Shown piece after piece: positions 46,798 through 59,300 of a DNA stretch of 64,000 nucleotides. Where the stretch lies: assembly GCA_030141605.1 (NCBI GenBank), contig JAQGDQ010000843.1:24475-88474 (forward strand), in the 5' to 3' direction. Position 1 is the first letter of the stretch. Every line of letters begins with the position of its first letter. This DNA is from Tubiluchus corallicola. Its lineage: Eukaryota; Animalia; Priapulida. The notes below the pieces were generated by a model that saw only the letters and a list, made by a program, of their open reading frames with translations, made no database searches and was not told the origin of the DNA. Made by a program: the position numbers and the translations under genes.

Positions 46798-49700
46798 TCA
46801 GTCAATTTCATCTAGACCCATGGTGAGCTCAACTGATACATCACCTCCTGTACTGCAACTGGTACCAGCTTCTTCAAGCTCTACTCCGGTGGTCGCGTCT
46901 GCCGTAAAAACGATTTCGCCAGTTTCCATGTCAGAAAGTTGATCTGAACTTTCTAGCTCAGTTAGCAGCGCAGTGGCCTCGGCTAACGTATCCTGCAAAA
47001 ACGTAAGAAAAACAACTACAGTGGTCATTTCGTCGATGAGATATTTTTGTACTGCCCGCAAGGGTCTCTATTACTTGCACACTTACACACAGGCAAATTT
47101 CTTCAAAAATTACAATTATGTGTAGATGCGTCTCTGCAGAAGCCAGAACTGCAAGTAGAGACATGATGTAGACACCAACGACACATACTACTACAATGTA
47201 AACAGCCTCAGAGCTTATGTTTCGAAACGACTTTAAAGCAGAGATGTGGTGCAAACACAAACGCGACATACTACTAAACTGTAAATTAACCCGTGCACTT
47301 ATAGTTCTCTGAAACTTGCAAGCAGAGATGTGGCCCAGACACGAACGTGACGTACTACTTAACTGTAAACTAACCTGTGTGTTATAGTTCTCTGAAACGA
47401 CTTGCTAAGACAGCTGCGGCATGGATACGAACATGACGTACTACTACACTGTAAACTAACCCGTGTGCTTATAGTTCTCTTGAATGACTTATAAGCAAAG
47501 ATGTGGCCCAGACACAAATGTGACGTACTACTAAGTTGCAAACTAATCTGTGCGCTTACAGTTCTCTGAAACGACTTGCAAGTAGAGATGTAGCATGGAA
47601 ACTAACATGACATACTACTTAACTGTAAACTAACCTGTGCGCTTATGGTTCTCTGAAACGATTTGCTGTTTGAATCTTCATTTGATGCAGGAATCACAGT
47701 AGAGGGCGTCCAACAGTGTTCCGTCATCTGCATAATTAAAACGAATTAGTATTGCACAATTGAAAAATAAACTTACTTTTCCCACCATTTTGTCATAATA
47801 GTATTTTCATGCTCCATACATGTAAAACTTGTATATATTTTTGCTAGGTTGCTAAACGAAAAAGACTCTAGACAAAATGGGCAGTTTTACATGTTTATAC
47901 CATTACTAGTGAGTACACGGGACAGGTCCCATGGTCATTTTGTATACACCTGTCAATTTTATGCCGCACTCTGACACGTTCACATTACCTGTGCGGCATT
48001 GTATTATCATTATTATTTATTTCAGTAGGTAAAAAGTACCATAGAATAATAAACGAAGCTTAGTTAAAAAATCACAATTAAAAATATCACCACAAGACAA
48101 ATAAAATAAATATTTACACAAGGAACAGAGAATTGGTAAGCTAAATATTTAAAAAAAAGTTTAGTGAGTGTATATTCCCAATGGGCAAAAACATTCAAAA
48201 ATAGCATCAGTATTAAGAACAAAACTGCGTATGGCTTCATTGCTTGAAGGCTAAAAGTATTTTTGCGTAAAATGACTTTAAAATGATTACAGCCAATTTT
48301 CAGTACATATTCTAGATCCTGTGGTCAATGCAAAATAGTACGCCGCTTTTCGTACCAAGATTAAAAGTGATCCAAAGGTTAGACCAATAAGATTTAAACA
48401 GGTCAGCAGAATAAAAACAAAAATTTCTGCAAAGAATATTAAATCTATTATAAAAAAGGCACAACTGGTTTACAATATCAGCATCGTCTTTACAATTATT
48501 GTTAATTATGTGACCAAGATTTTTTACTTCGTGCTCGAGTTCAGTCGGTTCTCCTTGCAAAGTTACGTTAGCAAAACTGACATTCCTAAATGCATTTGGA
48601 ATAAAATGCACAAATTTCGCTTTTCAAAGCAATAATTACAATATCATTAGCACAATCTTCACAGCAAATGAGCAATTTCTGTAGTGCCCATGTAGAGGGA
48701 AATGTATGTGACTTTACACAAGCGTCAAGGAGTTTAGATTAAACGTTTGTGACTTTACGCAAGCATCAAGGAGTTTAGATTAAACGTATGTAACTTTACG
48801 CAAGCGTCAAGGAGTTTAGATTAAATATATGTGACTTCACGCAAGCGTCAAGGAGTTTAGATTAAATGTATGTGACTTTACGCAAGCCTGCAAGCGTCAA
48901 GGAGTTTAGATTAAATATATGTGACTTTACGCAAGCGCCAAGGAGTTTAGATTAAATATATGTGACTTTACGCAAGCGTCAAGGAGTTTAGATTAAATGT
49001 ATGTGACTTTACGCAAGCGTCAAGGAGTTTAGATTAAATGTATGTGACTTTACGCAAGCGTCAAGGAGCTTAGATTAAATGTATGTGACTTTATGCAAGC
49101 CTGCAAGCATCGAGGAGTTTAGATTAAACGTATGTGACTTTACGCAAGCGTCAAGGAGTTTAGATTAAATATATGTGACTTTACGCAAGCGTCAAGGAGT
49201 TTAGATTAAATATATGTAACTTTACGCAAGCCTGCAAGCGTCAAGGAGTTTAGATTAAATGTATGTGACTTTACGCAAGCCTGCAAGCGTCAAGGAGTTT
49301 AGATTAAATGTATGTGACTTTACGCAAGCGTCAAGGAGTTTAGATTAAATATATGTGACTTTACGCAAGCGTCAAGGAGTTTAGATTAAATATATGTAAC
49401 TTTACGCAAGCATCAAGGAGTTTAGAGTAAATGTATGTGACTTTACGCAAGCGTCAAGGAGTTTAGATTAAATATATGTGACTTTACGCAAGCATCAAGG
49501 AGTTTAGAGTAAATGTATGTGACTTTACGCAAGCGTCAAGGAGTTTAGATTAAATATATGTGACTTTACGCAAGCGTCAAGGAGTTTAGATTAAATATAT
49601 GTGACTTTACGCAAGCGTCAAGGAGTTTAGATTAAATATATGTGACTTCACGCAAGCGTCAAGGAGTTTAGATTTTACATACAAACCTTCTTTTTAAGCC

Positions 49701-50300
49701 AGTTCACTGCCCACTGCCACTTGGAGGGAGTTTGTACTAGGTAATCCTTTGCTACGGCACAACTAGAATACAAGATTACTCACAGATTATTATTGTTATT
49801 ATTAAAAATCTTTGTTGAAAATGATACAATAAGCCCTCTATGTGCAGGGCACATATCTTTACATTATGTACAGTAAATAAATCTTTACATTATGTCACTA
49901 ACAAGTATCTAAATGCCTAAATCACAACAGATTTTTGCTCCCGCGTTGCTAGGAGGATACCGCCGTGAACTGCTCCGCGTACTCGCACAACTTGCTGGTG
50001 CATGCTAGATTTGAGCTGCTCCTCGTACTCGCACAACCAAGTGAACTCTTTTGGAAGAGGAAAAAATAAAAGACAGAAGAAATACAAATATATTTGACTA
50101 TTAATATTTCAATATTTTTACATCCAATTCAACAAGAAGGTTAAATTTGCTTGTCAAGCGGCTCTGTTATATTCACTTCTTATGATGAAGGATACAATAA
50201 CTTATCTTCCGCTCATGTGTTTGTCCTGACATTGTAACAGCCGAAAAGTAAAACAGTGTCATTTGGTAGCTTTTATGAAAATGACTCGATTGGGGAATTG

Positions 50301-50334
<34 letters not shown>

Positions 50335-53300
50335 TGTTTGTGCATGTGTGTGTGCGTGCATGTGTGTGCACGCGTGTGTGTGTGTGCGCGCGTGTGTGTC
50401 TGTTTGTGCACGTGTGTGTCTGTTTGTGCAAGTGTGTGCGTGTGTGTTTGTGTGCGCGCACGTGTGTAGTCAGCGTGGTGGCTAGAGTTACCCAGGTGTG
50501 GCCTCTTTAAGGGTGTGGATTTTGGGGAGGGGGCCCTCTGGGCTAACAGTGCCCTGGGGGTACTGATCTGGCCCTGAATTTGCTGTTAATGTATATACGT
50601 GTGTGCAAGTTGATGTGCATTTTAAGACCAAAAATTGCATCATTTTATATATTACCTGTGTACAAGTCGACTATAAAATATTAACATCTTCCAGCGTAAA
50701 TGATGTCAACAATGGCCGAGTAATAAATCAATAGCCTACTGTGTTAGTTTGTGAGATACGTGCAAGTGTCTGTAGATCTAGGCCTAGTAAAAAAACAGTA
50801 AAGGAACATAGGCCTACGCCAGAACTTTGACTTTAGTAAACAGTATTAATTTTGCAATGATGCAGTTAAATCTTGTGGTTCCTCACCTGCCCATTTGAAG
50901 AAAAAAAATTTACTAAAATTAATTTCTCTGCGTAGTTGTGTTTTTTATACGCGTGTATGCTGGTAATCGATATTTTGCCAACAAAACACCCATATACAAG
51001 GCCTGTGTAAAACTTCCTGCAGCAGCCGACAGGCGGCAGCACCTGCACAACACTGGCGATTTCCATGTTCTGATCGATTGCTACGTCGCTAGTTTATTTA
51101 CCGGTAATATATGAATTCTAACTTAATTTCACATACATTAAAATAAATTACAGTAATATTTGTTAATTTTGTGAAGTAATGTCAAGATTCTCTGATGTGA
51201 AGTATCACAGTATGAGTGTTCATTCAGTCCAGCGTATAATGAAGGATTATTTCTTCACATATTTGTATTGTAGACGACTCTTTAGCGACATCTCCCAGAA
51301 ACATATCGTAAGTATAAGTCAACCCCAAAAATTCGCCTTGTACATAAGTATATACAGTAAGTACAGACTAACAGAAAAATCCTGAGGAGGTGTATAGGGA
51401 ATAAGATGCTATGTAATGTTATCAAATTGATGTGCAAAATTCATGTCGTATAGGATTCTCTACGTATTGAAAAAAACGGGGACAGGCAGATCTAAGCGAT
51501 AATAACAGCATTTGTGAGGTGCCTTGCCATATGAGGTGCTAACACACAACAAATAGTTATGTAGAAAATTGCATTATTATAAATAGAATCAACAACTTGA
51601 ACCAAGCAAAAAAACCCAAGTAGGTATAAATTCATGTCTTGATTTACCGGACCTGGCTTTTAGGGATATCCGAAAAATGGAACAAAATCTGGACCGTTAA
51701 AAGTCCGGCATACTATAGACACAGTCCGTTGTTTCGAGGGCTGACTGCTAGTTGGTGGGTCATTGTTTTGTTGTCATCCAAGCAGCGTGTAATGACACGT
51801 ATGTAGCTTGTATATCAGCGTGTTTAGTGGTTTCAGCATGTGTAAGTGGCTTAGAGTCAATTATGCGGAGTTATTTGAGTAAATTGCGCACAGCTTTTAT
51901 ATGCTTTTGTATAGGAGCAGCTCATACTAGAAGTTTTTGAGACAATTATACAGTTGCTTCCACATTACGGTGAGTCTAATACACGGCACCTACTGTATTA
52001 GCTTAGTAGCGGTAAATACGGACAAATTCGGACCGACGTCTCCCCGCTTTTGTCCAGCAAACAGAGGTATAAGTATGGGAAAAATATTCTGTGTAAATTT
52101 ACAATGTAATAAAATTGCTGCACAAAACTAATGTTGTAATAGGATTCTCTAAGCTTTGAAAAAATGAGGATGACCAAATTTTTGTAGGAAAGGACAGATT
52201 TTATTGGTCGTCCTGTCGTCTTTTCCAGTAGGAAAAATCCTAAATTTGCAGCCATTATCAGTTGAAGATAGTAAAACTACTCACTTTTGTAGTTAAAAGC
52301 AACACGACTTTACTACAAACTTTTACATTAGAAAGTTAAAAGCTAAAATCATGTCAAACATTTCGACTAGCTGCTACTGTCAGTGGTAAATTTACAAACA
52401 TACAACCAGTTTATATAGGTAGAGCCTATTATGCACTAATTAAGTAGTTAACAGAAGCAACTACGGCCAAATCACGTTGAAAACACCGGTTCTCATCTGA
52501 TCACTGAAGTTAAGCAACGTAGAGCCTGGTTAGTGCTTGGATGGGTGACCGCCTAGGAATACCAGCTGCTGTAGGCTTGCGAGATGCCCACACTGTATCT
52601 CCACACTAGGCGGAGGAGCTGCACAAGCAGCCTACGACTAGAGGGCGGAGGAGGTCAAGTGACCGAATGGCCATATGTAGAGGAGTAAACCTTCCAAATT
52701 AGGAGTGGAACCCCGAAGGCGGATCAGTCCAGCATGCTCACTGACTCCGGCAGCTCCTGCAGCCAACCTGGTGCCAAACGTATCGCTCTGCTTTCCTTTG
52801 GACTACACCAGGGAGGAAGAGATGGGGTTCCTGTTGTCTGGGCAACTCAGGATCTCCATACACCTTGCCCAGGCGTGCGCCCAGGAGACGTTCAAGGATC
52901 GGACTCTCTTGGCGCACATTCCATTGTCTTCCGAGACAGAAGGATGCCAACAACAACAACAACAAAGCCAAACAGACAACGAACTGCCCATATAAACTGG
53001 TTGTATGTTTGTAAATTTACCACTGATTATAACAGCAGTAGCTAGTTGAAACGTTTGGCATTAATGATTTTAACTTTTAACTTTTTAATGTAAAAGTTTT
53101 TAATAAAGTTGTGTTGTTTTTAACTACAAATGTTTTTATAAAACTACTCACTTTGTCGCAAGATTGACTAGAAATTTAATGCATTGGTACGACCGTCGAC
53201 TGTCGTTCATGTCTTTCTTAATCACACCTAAATTTATTAAAAAATCTCAGTAATTTCACACAGATAATGAACAACAAAGTACTAGCATACTTACCTAGAA

Positions 53301-56300
53301 TCAGAGTATGAAGTTAATTGATTAAACTCGTTTAAGTTGCTTCAGTCTCAGTAGTAGTAGTACTATTGTAAAATCATTTTGTTTGTTATAACTAAAAGAA
53401 ATACATACATACATTTTACTACAAGAACAGGAATTACAAACACAAAGCAGTAATGTGCGCAGTAACACACAAACAAAATGTAACTTGACAAGCAGCATAT
53501 AAAGATATACACTCATATCTCGGTCTGCCGGACCCCGCTTTTACGGATATCGAAAGAATCGAACAAAATCTAGACAGTTAAAAAGTCCCGCATACTACAG
53601 ACACGGTCCGCTGTTTAGCAAGCTGACCGTTAAAAAGTCCCGCATATTACAGACACGGTCCGCTGTTTCGCAAGCTGACCGTTAAAATGTCCCGCATACT
53701 ACAAACACGGTCTGCTGTTTCGTGAGCTGACCGTTAAAAAGTCCCGCATACTACAGACGCGGACTGCTGTTTCGTGAGCTGACCGTTAAAAAGTCCCGCA
53801 TACTTACAGACACAGTCCGCTGTTTCGCGAGGTCACCGCTAGTGTGTAACTAAGCAACGGGTGTAGCTTGCACAGCCCGTACTGGATGCTTTTGAGACAA
53901 TTAGGCGATTGATTCTACATTACCACGAGTCTAATACACAGCACCTACTATATTAACTTAGTATCGGTAAATACAGACAATCGGCAAATTCGGACCGACG
54001 TCTCCCCGCTTTTGTCCGGCAAACTAAGATATGAGTCTACTCAGAAAATATAAATATTAATCTTAGAGGCTGGTACAATATAGATTAGAAAGTACAGAAT
54101 TGATATCAAATTTAATGATGAAATAATTCGATACATTGTTATAAGTTGATTTCAACGTTATAAAAAATTGCATATCATCTATAATTATTGCAATAATAAT
54201 ATAGTAAAAACTAAATTGAGAAATAGGACTAAAAATCTGCCTATGCAGGTTTGTTTTTGGATTTAAAAAAATCAAAGACGACATGGTTTGGGTGTGATAC
54301 TAGAAATTTAGAGAAAAAAATTAGTCTCTTTTCTTTAGTTTTCTTTACATGTTGCATATTTTAAAGCAGAAACGAAACTGACAAAAATCAGTTTAGGCAC
54401 AAAACTACAGGATGTTTTAGGCATTGATAGGGGGTGAGCATCGAATGTTCGACTTCGAACGAGTTTTTTTATTTCGAATTCGATTCGAACCTAAAATTAT
54501 AGATTCGAATAATGCAGCACATCAGCCACATACGTTCTTTATCATTAAAATGTTTGAAACATCATGAAACTAGCACAATTTAGCTGCAGTTTCTGTGCAA
54601 AACTTTTAAATAAACTAATAGTGGTTTTACTGCCAAACAAAACCCAGTACTATGCACGATCCTTACAAGACCAGTTTTTACTAGTGATTCGAAAATTGTT
54701 CAAACTCAATTCGAATTCTCTTTCTGGTAGGGAATGCTCACCCCTAGACACTGATTATATGATGAGTAATTAATGCATACAAGTTCTCAGTTACTTCGAA
54801 ATAACTTTAGACTCATTATAATTTTTGAAAAGTAACGCGAAACTTCGCAAAACTACTTGAGAAAATCAACTAGAGAACTACAGATAAAACCAGAGCCAGA
54901 ACAGGACCACACATAAAATCGGAGCCAGCACGGATCCATTGATAAAATATAAAATAACGTGGTACTCCTGCCACCGTAAAAATACTTTGTTTTGATTATT
55001 TAATAAAACTTATATGGCCTACGAGTTCTCGATCGTAACGCATATAAAATTAATGCCTCATCCAGCACGGAAAAGTCGAAAAATTTACGCATTTCGATAA
55101 AAAACAGAATAAAAATATTTACGTACTCAACATGCCGTCATAATGTAGTTCATTGTCGTCATCGGTATAACCGTCAATTATACACTGGAGGCGAAACAAC
55201 TGCAACGGATCATCCATGATCTATGCAGAAAATAAACTCATCACAGATTGTTTAAAATTATTCTGTGAAATCTAAATAAGTTCTTTATCTTACAGCATGT
55301 GGACAATATTGTGTGACAAACAGGGTGCATAAATTATACAAATATACAGCATTGGGAAAAAGAATGCTAACTGGTGTCAGAAAGGGGATTGCAAATTTGA
55401 CAAACGGTGCATAAATTATACAAATATACAGCATTGGGAAAAGGAATGCTAACTGGTGTCAGAAAGGGGATTGCAAATTGATAAACAGTGTGCATAAATT
55501 ATACAAAAATACAGCATTGGGAAAAAGAATGCTAACTGGTGTCAGAAATGGGATTGCAAATTTTTTTAAACTGTCTGAACCAAAGTCTGAACCAAATTTA
55601 GGAAATCAGTGGTATCTACAAACCACGAGAATCGAAGCTCATTATAAGATGAAGCATAGAAAAGCCTTTAATGTGTGGTTTATTAAAAATAGCAAAGCTC
55701 TTTAGCAGCTATATAGTTAACAATTTTTCATGAAGGCAATCAATTAAGCTATGCAGAAATACTTACTAAGAATTGATGTAGCAGTGAAAAAATCGGTTTT
55801 AATTCATTGGACGAGATGCTTGCATACAAGTGCTGAAAAAATCAAACAGTTAAGAATAGACATTATAACTATTCTAGGCATTATAGGTATTCTAGGCATT
55901 ATAGATATTCAAGGCATTATAGATATTATAGGCATTATAGATATTCAAGGCATTATAGATATTCTAGGTATTATAGATATTCAGGGCATTATAGATATTC
56001 TAGGCATTATAGGTATTCAAGGCATAGTAGGTATTCTAGGAATTCAAGAAAAATGCCAACATAAACAGGAATCGAACTCAGTACCTCCATATCAACAGAC
56101 AAGCGCCGTATCACTAGGCCACCGTGCCTTAGAAAAAGCCGGATAAACTAACAACTATTGAGCCTACATAAGAGAAAGCTATAAAAACCATGACTTACCA
56201 TGATTTGTCTTAAAAACGTCAGTGAAAAGTTCTTATTGCAAAAGCTGCATTTGAGGATCATATCAGCATTGATCTGCATGTCGATGGCGTCTATCTCTCT

Positions 56301-59300
56301 ACACGATAAAATCACCTAAAAATAAAATATATTCTTCCTCAAAAATTGCACCGTAAGAAGTAAAGTGCAATTACAGCTTTTGAAAAAAATGAGACATTGA
56401 AAATAGTTAGAAAAACAACATGAAAAATCTAAGATTATCATCGCTGTTGATGTCGTCGTTAAAAACATTGGAATAACAAACAGAAATAAATGCTGCATTA
56501 CAGACTTTTCCCGTGGCTGTAGGTCAAAGGTTAAGTTAATCACAGCAACGTATCTTAAGTACGACTGTCACGTGACACGAGTACCATAACAACCCGTCTT
56601 AACTACAACCATCACGTGACACGAGTACCACAGCAACGCATCTTAACTACAACCATCACGTGACACGAGTACCACAGCAACGCATCTTAACTACAACTGT
56701 CACGTGACACGAGTACCATAACAACCCGTCTTAACTACAACCATCACGTGACACGAGTACCACAGCAACGCATCTTAACTACAACTGTCACATGCAACCC
56801 GTCTTAACTACAACCATCACGTGACACGAGTACCACAGCAACGCATCTTAACTACAACTGTCACATGCAACCCGTCTTAACTACAACCATCACGTGACAC
56901 GAGTACCACAGCAACGTATCTTAACTACAACTGTCACGTGACACGAGTACCACAGCAACGTATCTTAACTACAACCATCACGTGACACGAGTACCACAGC
57001 AACGTATCTTAACTACAACTGTCACATGCAACGCGTCTTAACTACAACCATCACGTGACACGAGTACCACAGCAACGCATCTTAAACTACAACTGTCACA
57101 TGCAACCCGTCTTAACTACAACCATCACGTGACACGAGTACCACAGCAACGCATCTTAACTACTACAACTGTCACATGCAACCCGTCTTAACTACAACCA
57201 TCACGTGACACGAGTACCACAGCAACGCATCTTAACTACAACTGTCACATGCAACCCGTCTTAACTACAACCATCACGTGACACGAGTACCACAGCAACG
57301 TATCTTAACTACAACTGTCACATGCAACCCGTCTTAACTACAACCATCACGTGACACGAGTACCACAGCAACGCATCTTAACTACTACAACTGTCACATG
57401 CAACCCGTCTTAACTACAACCATCACGTGACACGAGTACCACAGCAACGCATCTTAACTACAACTGTCATGTGACACGTGCACCATAACATCCCGTCTTA
57501 ACTACAACGCATCTTAACTACAACCGTCACGTGACGCATGGGTAAAGCAAAATCGTCTGCTGCGTCAGTTCAGTAGCTTCAGTTGTTTTACGTGGACTTT
57601 ACTTCATTATGCTTTAGTCTGTGTGTAGAGTGATTTACTAGCAGCATTTTGCTTAGAAACAAGGAAAAATGAACTAGGTAAGGTTCTAGCTAGATGTTAA
57701 ATTGTTACTATTGCAATAGCATGGGCTGCGAGGCGTTGTCAAGTGTACACAAATGCGTTGTCTCGTTCAGTTGACCCTTGACCTTTTCACGATCGATCAT
57801 CAATTGCTGGAACTGTGAAGAGGCTCATTTTGCAAAATTTCCAAACGTACGAAAGAAAACCTTGAGCCACCAAAACACTTAAAAGAAGTAAAAAAAATTC
57901 AACACCGTTTTATTTCTCATTTTATTAAGAACTATGATGCGTATCGTATCGAGTTAAACGAGCTCTCACCTCTCGTATGTATCGCACAGAATCAGGACCA
58001 TAAAGAGCTGAATGAACATCGTCAGGCATCTTTATTAAACTCTCTGGAGCTCGTATGTTTAAGGACGGCGGCTCGTTAGATGCGGACGCTGATAGAAACA
58101 AATAAAAAACGAAGTTTTATCACAAGTTTCTGTAAAAATAAAGAAAAAATCATTATAAGATTGACCAATAGGTGACTGTTTTTTCAACCGTAACTTTTCC
58201 TTCGTGTGGAAAGTTTAAAGCCTACGCAAAAACGTAGCATGGTGGAGGCGATTGCCCCGGGTGCAAGAGATGGCACAAAATTCTTCCAGAGTTCTACACA
58301 GAGTAACATGACAGTGTAAGGCTAGAGTGGCGTACTTACAGACAGTTCTGTACAGGGTAACATCACAGTGTATGACTAGAGTGGTGCACTTACAGACAGT
58401 TCTATACGGGGTAATATCACAGTGTATGACTAGAGTGGCGTACTTACAGACAGTTCTATATGGGGTAACATCACAGTGCAAGACTAGAGTGGTGTACTTA
58501 CAGACAGTTCTATATGGGGTAACATCACAGTGTAAGACTAGAGTGGTGTACTTACAGACAGTTCTATACGGGGTAACATCACAGTGTAAGACTAGAGTGG
58601 TATACTTACAGACAGCTCTATATGGGGTAACATCACAGTGTAAGACTAGAGTGGTGTACTTACAGACAGTTCTATATGGGGTAACATCACAGTGTAAGAC
58701 TAGAGTGGTGTACTTACAGACAGTTCTATATGGGGTAACATCACAGTGTAAGACTAGAGTGGTGCACTTACAGACAGTTCTATATGAGGTAACATCACAG
58801 TGTAAGACTAGAGTGGTGTACTTACAGACAGTTCTATATGGGGTAACATCACAGTGTAAGACTAGAGTGGTGTACTTACAGACAGCTCTATATGGGGTAA
58901 CATCACAGTGTAAGACAGGAGTGGTGTACTTACAGACAGTTCTATACGGGGTAACATCACAGTGTAAGTCTAGAGTGGTGTACTTACAGACAGTTCTATA
59001 TGGGGTAACATCACAGTGTAAGGCTAGAGTGGCGTACTTACAGACAGTTCTATATGGGATAACATCACAGTGTAAGTCTAGAGTGGTGTACTTACAGACA
59101 GTTCTATACGGGGTAACATCACAGTGTAAGACTAGAGTGGTGTACTTACAGACAGCTCTATATGGGGTAACATCACAGTGTAAGACTAGAGTGGTGTACT
59201 TATAGACAGTTCTATATGGGGTAACATCACAGTGTAAGACTAGAGTGGTGCACTTACAGACAGTTCTATATGAGGTAACATCACAGTGTAAGACTAGAGT

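Larger units (their letters stand above)
52288..53138. mobile_element. Inverted pair of Penelope-like pseudo-LTRs flanked by a 16-bp direct repeat, with a 5S-SINE nested inside
   Basis: The left arm 52288-~52420 is the reverse complement of the right arm ~52990-53130. taaaactactcacttt occurs at 52272-52287 and 53139-53154. Confidence 0.7.

Noticed and set aside
45065-49675. Regular short repeats resembling CRISPR arrays (also 32786-33210 and 56545-57535)
   Set aside because: Units are head-to-tail with no unique spacers, there are no cas genes, and the DNA is eukaryotic.
52459-52578. Functional 5S rRNA gene
   Set aside because: Single copy, altered 5' end, no oligo-T terminator, and fused to a SINE body and tail.
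52705-53045. Overlapping ORFs on both strands
   Set aside because: They arise from the GC-rich SINE body and show no recognisable protein motif.
55751-56146. 131-aa ORF with GIIDIL repeats
   Set aside because: An 18-bp intronic minisatellite lying antisense to USP24.
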